Origin: a virus
Taxonomy: Duplodnaviria > Caudoviricetes
Direction: 5' to 3' (one strand)
Length of the DNA stretch: 64,000 bases
Virus record (IMG/VR): IMGVR_UViG_2974668611_000001
Location: 1-64,000 of that record
In this document: positions 57,440 to 64,000 of the stretch, piece by piece
Layout of the letters: each line of letters begins with the position of its first letter
How positions within the stretch are numbered: position 1 is the stretch's first letter
Position numbers and translations under genes: made by a program
Notes under the pieces: generated by a model
Database searches by the model: none
Told to the model about the DNA's origin: nothing
What the model saw: the letters and a program-made list of their open reading frames with translations, nothing else

Positions 57440-57985
57440 AGGGTTTTTAAATCGTAATTATTTTGTCAAGTCAGAAGAAATCATATACACATGGTGGAGA
57501 TACGATGTAAAAGAATATCTACTAAAAATAAATTTCAAGCAAGTCAAGAACAAAGAAATTCATTTGTGTAGAAATAATTCCCTAGTATGCTATAAGATAG
57601 ATGTGGGGCGTAGGGTGTTTGATGTATGCGAACTACCAATTGATAAAGACGGAATATTGACAGTTGATAATGGATTCTTTGAGAAAGGTGATATTGAAGA
57701 ATGGAAAAACAAATTGTTATGAGTCCAGAAGAATATGAGGAATTGGAAGCTGATTCTAACAGATTGACTTATATCATGTCATTTTTTAAGCTAGAAGGTA
57801 ACACAATCTTCCTGAATAAAAGTGAAATTTTATCCATGGTTTTGTCAAAGCAGTTAGTCGATGAGGGCTATGGACAAGTCACGCCTATCTATGGTAGTGG
57901 AAAAATGATTTTATTAGAGGGTTTAAACGAAAAAGGGCAATCAAAAGAAGTGGAGTTGAGCGAATATGACATCAAAACAGAATAA
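57420..57985 (+). CDS. Two hypothetical proteins (57420-57722, 57701-57985)
   Basis: Overlapping ORFs with SD-like sequences. Confidence 0.65.
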
Positions 57986-58499
57986 CGAGAGTGCGACACC
58001 AACGCATTATCAAAAAGATGGCCAAGACTTATTATCTCACCTTGAACATATTTTACCAGAAGAAGAAATGCGAGGGGCATATCGTTTTAACATTATAAAA
58101 TACGCGACACGAGCTGGACGCAAAGATGACATTACCTTAGAACTTGATAAGATAACTCAATATGCAAAACGCTGGAAGCAGTTTGAGCAATCATTAAAGA
58201 AAGCATCTCCATCAATCAAAGACAGTGCGTGGTCAAGAAAAGGTGGCCTTCTTCTTCAATTCACGGATAAATATTATAATGGTTGGGATATTTTATATCG
58301 TATTGATAGGACTATGCCGAATGATGGATTATGTCGGTTGTTTTTAGCAGGAGGTAGTCCAGCGTACATTGATGATAGTGGATTTGTTTCCATCGGTGAT
58401 TCGGTAACGTACTACACTAAAAAACAATTAATGACATTCTTCAATGAGTGTAAGGACGATAAGTTTACTTGTTTAGAAATATTGATTGAAGAAGCATAA
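57966..58499 (+). CDS. DUF3310 (T7 gp1.7-like nucleotide kinase) domain protein
   Basis: PTHYQ...NIIKYATRAGRKD...LDK...Y signature. Confidence 0.82.
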   Translation: MTSKQNNESATPTHYQKDGQDLLSHLEHILPEEEMRGAYRFNIIKYATRAGRKDDITLELDKITQYAKRWKQFEQSLKKASPSIKDSAWSRKGGLLLQFTDKYYNGWDILYRIDRTMPNDGLCRLFLAGGSPAYIDDSGFVSIGDSVTYYTKKQLMTFFNECKDDKFTCLEILIEEA

Positions 58500-58516
58500 A
58501 ATTAGGAGGAAAAATA

Positions 58517-59224
58517 TTGTTAATTAATATCATGGCCGCGTTTGGGGCCGGAAAAAGCACGTTAGTAGAGATTTTAAGCAAAGATTTAGAAGCAACAAAA
58601 TATTTAGAAGACCCGTATGCGATTCCGATTTTGAAAGATTATTATTCTGGTGGTAAAGAAACACGCAAAAAGTTTGGATTCCCACTGCAAATTGCATGGC
58701 TCGATGAACGTTTTGGACAACTAAGGGAAGCTGTCGTACAAAATCGCGCTATTATGGACTCTAATTTGGTAGCGGATTCGATTGTCTACAAAGTTATTCA
58801 TGACCGAGGTGAAACAACAGACCAAGAATACTACTTATATTTAAAGCTGTTGCGTCATATGTTAGATTCTGTTAGCGCAGAACCAAAAGGGCATTATCCA
58901 GACCTATATGTATTCTTAGATATTTCACCAGAAAATGAAGTAAAAAATATCCTAGAACGTAACCGTGAAATGGAAACAGCAGACCCTGCACTGATTGAAT
59001 ACTATCATTCAATTAATGAGGGATTTAAGAATTGGGCCGATTCTTATAGTGAAGCACCGATTGTTAGGATTGACAGGAATAAATTTGACTTTGTGAACAG
59101 TATTGACGACAGAATTGCTGTTTTAAACATTATTGAAGAAAAGCTGGTTGAATTAGGCTACTTAACAGATTCAGAATTTGAAGAAATTAAAAATACAAGA
59201 GAGAAGCGAGGAATTTTAGAATGA
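58517..59224 (+). CDS. Deoxynucleoside kinase (dNK family)
   Basis: FGAGKST P-loop, LQIAWLDERF, PDLYVFLD, ERNREME. Confidence 0.9.
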   Translation: MLINIMAAFGAGKSTLVEILSKDLEATKYLEDPYAIPILKDYYSGGKETRKKFGFPLQIAWLDERFGQLREAVVQNRAIMDSNLVADSIVYKVIHDRGETTDQEYYLYLKLLRHMLDSVSAEPKGHYPDLYVFLDISPENEVKNILERNREMETADPALIEYYHSINEGFKNWADSYSEAPIVRIDRNKFDFVNSIDDRIAVLNIIEEKLVELGYLTDSEFEEIKNTREKRGILE

Positions 59225-59421
59225 AGACTTTTGTTTCAGCAATTACATTTTTACTTGTAGCATTATTTATGATTATTTTCTACGGTTTGGTTGCGTCTGT
59301 ACTTGGTGTACTATGGGGGTTTAATGTTACAGCACTTTTAGCGGTAAAGTGTGGGATTACCGCCTATATTTTGTCAATCGTATTACCAATGATTATGGTT
59401 CCGGCTTCTTCACAAGAATAA
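59221..59421 (+). CDS. Small membrane protein
   Basis: Two hydrophobic helices. Confidence 0.7.
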   Translation: MKTFVSAITFLLVALFMIIFYGLVASVLGVLWGFNVTALLAVKCGITAYILSIVLPMIMVPASSQE

Positions 59422-59490
59422 TATCAACTGCACGCTTGTTAGCGTGCTTTTTTTGTGCTATAATATACTAGAAACAGGAGGTTAAAACCA

Positions 59491-59961
59491 ATGAGACTGC
59501 TAACTTGTTATGGGCCTAATTGCTATAAGCAAGGAGTAAAGCACCCTAAAAGTGAATTAACGAATTTTCACGGAAAGAATTATTGTGATAAATGTTTAAA
59601 TGAAGTAATGAATAATTACGAATTTAGACAGTCATTAACGTCATTGCTTTTAGAAGACTACAAAAGTGATTACTTGCCAGGTATTGTGATGGCACAAATC
59701 AAAAAATATCGTAAAATTGGAATGACATACGAAGGAATGTATAATACAGCTTTATGGATAAAGAAGAACCAAAATGTTGTGTTTGAGAATAAATATGGAA
59801 TCGCTTTGATTAAATACCACTATGATAGTCATTCCTCTTATAAAGAGAATAGTGCCGGAGATAATCAAGCTAAGGTTGAGAATGCAACTGTAATCATATC
59901 GAAGCCAAAGCGCAAACATAAACAAATTAGAGAAATTAGTGGAGATGATTTACTTGATTAA
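59491..59961 (+). CDS. Zn-finger protein preceding the helicase (SPbeta YorH-like, possible loader)
   Basis: CYGPNC...YCDKC, YGIALIKYHY; AGGAGG SD. Confidence 0.7.
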   Translation: MRLLTCYGPNCYKQGVKHPKSELTNFHGKNYCDKCLNEVMNNYEFRQSLTSLLLEDYKSDYLPGIVMAQIKKYRKIGMTYEGMYNTALWIKKNQNVVFENKYGIALIKYHYDSHSSYKENSAGDNQAKVENATVIISKPKRKHKQIREISGDDLLD

Positions 59962-61543
59962 TCATAACGAATTAAAAGCACTGACACCACAAAGTCAAAT
60001 CTTTGGAGTATTGGGTGTCCTATTAAATAATCCAGAAAAATTGCTCTCAGATGATGTATTCTTAGATAAAGAAGACTTTCAAAATAATGTTCATAGAATC
60101 ATCTTTTTTGCTATTAACAACATTATCAAAGAATCAGAGCACTTAGAAGAAATATCTGCAATTGATGTTGATACTTATTTAACTCAATTTGAACAATATC
60201 ATGCAATCTTTGCGTCGTCTAAAGGTATTGATTATGTTCAATCAGCAAAAGATAATGCAAATGTTGGTACATTTAGTTCAAACTATCATTATTTAAAAAA
60301 GATGACGGTTCTCAGAAAGTTTGCAGAGAACGGAATTGATATTAGTGATATTTATGACATTCACACAGAAGATATTAAACTGCTAGAAGAACAGCAGAAA
60401 AGACTCAGCCAATTATCAGAAGAAGATATTGTCAATCATTTTACGCAAGTAGTAAGCGGGATTAGAAATGAAGTTTCAGATTGGCAAAACAATTCATCAT
60501 CGTTCTCTGCTGGTGATGATATTGAATCGTTTATTGAACATATCAACGATGAACCTCAATTCGGATATGGTTTCAAAGATACATTCATGAACTCATTAAC
60601 TGGTGGTATGCAACTTGGTAAGCTATATTTGCGTTCAATGAAAACTGGTGGTGGTAAGTCACGTCTTGGTATTGCAGATTTAATTAACGTATCTGCGACT
60701 GAACAATATAATTGGCACAACAAGAAATGGGTCAAAAATAATGACGTAGAACCATCACTATTCATTTCAACAGAATTGGACAAAGATGAAATTCAAATGA
60801 TTCTTCTATCTGCAATTACTAATTTGGCGCCAGAGATTATCAGACGAGGTAATTTTGACCCAGAGACTAAGAAGATTATTAATCATGCCGCCGGTGTTTT
60901 ACACAATTCACCACTAATGTTTAAAGAGATTCAAGATTTTGATATTGATGACATTATGTCGATTATTGATGAGTACGTGTTTAACTATGACGTTAAATAT
61001 ATCGACTTTGATTATATTCAGGCTGTGCCTAAATTACTGCGGTCTGGAGCTAAGCTGTTCGGTGGAAGAGATGTTCGTGATGATAGAATTCTGCTGACAT
61101 TAACAGATAAGTTGCGCGCGAAGGCTAAAGAGCTTGATGTATATATTATGTCATCAACACAAATCTCGCCTTCTGGAGAAATGGATTACGAGTCATCACG
61201 TACAGAACGTGCTTTGCGTGATTCAAAATCAATCGCCGATAAGATTGATGTGGGTATGATTGTTGCAGAAGCTAACTCAAAAGACAAGAAAAACTTAGAG
61301 AAGTTAATTAATAACACCGATATTAACCCGTATGGATTGGAACCTAACATGGGCAATTTCATTTATAAAAACCGTTTGGGTAAGAAGTCAATTATAATTT
61401 GGTCTTATGTCAACTTAGGGACGCTATACAGCTATCCGTTATTTGTGACTGACTATCAATACAATTTAGTTGATGTTCCGCGTACAAAAATTGAAGTCGG
61501 CAGTGATGGTAGTTTTGGGATTAAAGAAGACCTTGTATTTTAG
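59954..61543 (+). CDS. DnaB-like replicative helicase
   Basis: TGGGKSR Walker A, FISTE, FDYIQ, SSTQ, SIADKID, KNR motifs. Confidence 0.92.
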   Translation: MINHNELKALTPQSQIFGVLGVLLNNPEKLLSDDVFLDKEDFQNNVHRIIFFAINNIIKESEHLEEISAIDVDTYLTQFEQYHAIFASSKGIDYVQSAKDNANVGTFSSNYHYLKKMTVLRKFAENGIDISDIYDIHTEDIKLLEEQQKRLSQLSEEDIVNHFTQVVSGIRNEVSDWQNNSSSFSAGDDIESFIEHINDEPQFGYGFKDTFMNSLTGGMQLGKLYLRSMKTGGGKSRLGIADLINVSATEQYNWHNKKWVKNNDVEPSLFISTELDKDEIQMILLSAITNLAPEIIRRGNFDPETKKIINHAAGVLHNSPLMFKEIQDFDIDDIMSIIDEYVFNYDVKYIDFDYIQAVPKLLRSGAKLFGGRDVRDDRILLTLTDKLRAKAKELDVYIMSSTQISPSGEMDYESSRTERALRDSKSIADKIDVGMIVAEANSKDKKNLEKLINNTDINPYGLEPNMGNFIYKNRLGKKSIIIWSYVNLGTLYSYPLFVTDYQYNLVDVPRTKIEVGSDGSFGIKEDLVF

Positions 61544-61555
61544 GAGGTATACGCG

Positions 61556-62590
61556 GTGGATTATTATAAAAGTGATTTAATCAAGGTCGTAAAATATTAT
61601 GGCCTTGATTATAAAGAAGGTCATGATTACTACCAATTGAGAACGTATTGTCATCACAGAGACGGTGATGGTAATTTTAAATTATACGCATATTTTAATG
61701 ACAACGACGTTGTGTCCTTATACTGCTACTCAAACTGTGGTTCAATGAACTTAGTAGGATTCATTATGCACTACCGAGAATGTGACTATCCGAGCGCACA
61801 ATCTGAACTTGACATGATTGTTGGCAAGCGTCAAATGGCTGGTTTTATAGCACAAGACTTATATAATCCAGCTAAGCAACTTGAAAAAAGAAGCAAAGAC
61901 AAAAATATCGACGACATTAAGAGATTAAGTGCTGGGATATTGAGCACTTATAGTAGGTACGCGTATGGTGGTTGGGTAAATGAGGGGATTAGTGTAAAAA
62001 CACAGGAAAAATTTGGCATTAGATATTCGATACCAGAGAATAAAGTTATTATTCCGCAGGTTAATAAAGACGGGGAACTGATAGGAATACGTGGTCGTAG
62101 TCTTGACCCATACGAGGTCGAGATGTTTGGCAAGTATCGACCAGTAAGATTTAGGGGCAAAATGTTATCATACCCAACAAGTTTAAATTGGTACGGACTT
62201 TATCAGAATAAAGAGTCGATTATTAATACAGGACAAGTGGTTATTTTTGAATCTGAAAAGTCTGTTATGCAGTTAGACACCATTATGAACGGGAATGGTA
62301 ATGGACTAGCGCTGTCTGGTTCTAGTATATCCGATTGGCAGATTGATGAGTTGATGAAATTAAATATCAATGAAGTTGTGGTTGGCCTTGATAAAGATTA
62401 TAAAGACGAAACTGGATATAATATTCATGCCAATATGATTGTTAAAATGTTCAAAAAACTATTGATTAGGTTCAATGTAACTGTTATATTTGATGATGTA
62501 GATGGACTACTTGGGTACAAAGATAGCCCTACTGACTGTGGTAAAGAAGCATTCTTAAAATTAATGAGAACAAGGAAGGTAATGTCTTGA
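61556..62590 (+). CDS. DNA primase (Zn-binding plus TOPRIM)
   Basis: CHH...CYSNC, GIRGR, FESEKSV, GLDKD, KDSP motifs. Confidence 0.9.
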   Translation: MDYYKSDLIKVVKYYGLDYKEGHDYYQLRTYCHHRDGDGNFKLYAYFNDNDVVSLYCYSNCGSMNLVGFIMHYRECDYPSAQSELDMIVGKRQMAGFIAQDLYNPAKQLEKRSKDKNIDDIKRLSAGILSTYSRYAYGGWVNEGISVKTQEKFGIRYSIPENKVIIPQVNKDGELIGIRGRSLDPYEVEMFGKYRPVRFRGKMLSYPTSLNWYGLYQNKESIINTGQVVIFESEKSVMQLDTIMNGNGNGLALSGSSISDWQIDELMKLNINEVVVGLDKDYKDETGYNIHANMIVKMFKKLLIRFNVTVIFDDVDGLLGYKDSPTDCGKEAFLKLMRTRKVMS

Positions 62591-64000
62591 AGATAGTAAA
62601 AAGTGATACGGACGTTGTTAATGAACAAATTGATGGGTTTAACGTTAATATTGTTTCAGAATCCGTGAACGATACAGTAAAAGAAGCGATTGAGTATCGC
62701 AAGAAAAACGTGTGGGGAACAAACAATGGAGCTGTGGACTTTAACTATTTACCCCACAAGGGTGAATTGAATAAAATTGCAAAAGATTTATATGATAATA
62801 ATCGAAAAGTGGCAATTTTAGTTGACGTCGATGTAGACGGTTATATGTCGGCGGCAATCATGTATAAAGCTATTAAGTCAATTAACAATGAACAAGACAT
62901 TGATATGCTGTTTCCAGATGTAAAACTACACGGTATCAAGGCCAATATCGGTTTAGTTGATGACGAATATGATTATATTTTTTGCCCTGACAGTTCAAGT
63001 AACGACTTACAAACAATCTCTAAGCTAGAAAAAAATAAAAGAACCAAAGTAGTCGTAATTGACCATCATATCCTAGAGCATGAAGATTATATTATTGATA
63101 ATCCTGATAAGTTCTTAATTGTTAGTAATCAATATCAAGATTCAGAGTTAAATAAAGAATTGACAGGGGCAGGTATGTCATTATTAGTTTCAGAACTATG
63201 GGGAGAAAATTATAATATTGAAATCAATTTTGACTTGGCCGCCGTTGGTCAAATTGCAGATATGAGTGACCTTAATGATGAAGGAATATTTGATATTGTT
63301 AAAAAAGGTTTATCAGAAACGACCAACGAGATGTTGTTAACATTTTTTAAGGATGATGAAGAAGTGCGTTCAATTAAGCATATTCAGTTTACTTTGATTC
63401 CCCGGATAAATGCCGTGTCAAGAATCGGTAATCATGAAGAGCGCCAACTAATCTTTAACTCGTTCATTGACAAAGGCGGAGTAGTTCCAGTGAGCGTTAG
63501 ACATAAAGGTGGTGACGGTAAAATGCACACCGATAGTGTCGATATGAATGTATATGAGCGAGCGAATAATGTCTTGAAAAAGGTTAAGGGGCGTCAAGAT
63601 AGACTGGTAAAAAGTGCATTAAAAGACGTTGAGTGGCTTAGTGATAATAAATCAGAATATAACGCAATTGTGATTGGCGATAAGTTTAGTAAGGGGATTT
63701 CTGGTTTAGTAGCTAACAAATTGTTGGGGCAAACTAAAAAACCATCACTGGTATTTAAGCGTGATGGCGATAGGCTAAATGGTAGTGGACGTTTTCCTGA
63801 AAATATTAATGGCCTTAAATTATTAAAAGACATTGATGGCGTGTTCGCCGCTGGTCACGAGCAAGCATTTGGTGTTGGCTTTCCAGAAGATGAATTTAAA
63901 ATTGTATCAAAGGTTGTTAATACCGCGTCAAAGAAATCTCCAGACTATGTGTACAGGGTTGATTCCGCCTATGTTGATGAATTACCTACTATCGAAGAAA
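62587..64000 (+). CDS. recJ: RecJ-like DHH single-stranded DNA exonuclease (runs off window end)
   Basis: Read manually from TTG 62587: DVDVDG (62824), DHH (63061), GQIADM, GSGR, AGHEQAFG. Confidence 0.9.
   Translation, partial: MKIVKSDTDVVNEQIDGFNVNIVSESVNDTVKEAIEYRKKNVWGTNNGAVDFNYLPHKGELNKIAKDLYDNNRKVAILVDVDVDGYMSAAIMYKAIKSINNEQDIDMLFPDVKLHGIKANIGLVDDEYDYIFCPDSSSNDLQTISKLEKNKRTKVVVIDHHILEHEDYIIDNPDKFLIVSNQYQDSELNKELTGAGMSLLVSELWGENYNIEINFDLAAVGQIADMSDLNDEGIFDIVKKGLSETTNEMLLTFFKDDEEVRSIKHIQFTLIPRINAVSRIGNHEERQLIFNSFIDKGGVVPVSVRHKGGDGKMHTDSVDMNVYERANNVLKKVKGRQDRLVKSALKDVEWLSDNKSEYNAIVIGDKFSKGISGLVANKLLGQTKKPSLVFKRDGDRLNGSGRFPENINGLKLLKDIDGVFAAGHEQAFGVGFPEDEFKIVSKVVNTASKKSPDYVYRVDSAYVDELPTIEE

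Overview
A 64-kb slice of a large, AT-rich, Firmicutes-infecting siphophage genome. Gene content and style suggest a Lactobacillaceae phage, probably a Lactiplantibacillus plantarum B2/Tybeckvirinae-like virus (inference, no search run). Layout: (i) 1-3.4 kb, small minus-strand early genes; (ii) 3.8-36 kb, plus-strand late region with HNH, terminase subunits, a tRNA/ncRNA island, HK97-type head genes, tail genes, lysis genes and a tyrosine recombinase; (iii) 36-56 kb, minus-strand early/middle genes including a DnaE polymerase split by a group I intron with a GIY-YIG endonuclease, a second tRNA island, a MazF-like gene and nucleoside salvage genes; (iv) 57-64 kb, plus-strand SPbeta-like replication genes (dNK, helicase, primase, truncated RecJ). 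Most striking unannotated signals: (1) the major capsid and major tail genes each carry a homologous ~20-aa peptide in the +1 frame that looks like the two N-terminal FN3 beta-strands missing from the neighbouring FN3 protein, a candidate frameshift-controlled split-domain docking system; (2) a shared CCC-AGC-GGA-ACC +1 frameshift cassette in the tail tube and tail chaperone genes; (3) about 14 copies of a hairpin+TACATA element in late-region intergenic spaces; (4) two tRNA-shell RNAs with near-identical ends but unrelated structured cargo; (5) two large structured non-coding RNAs (a ROOL-like one at 6.4-6.9 kb and a promoter-driven one at 56.2-56.9 kb).
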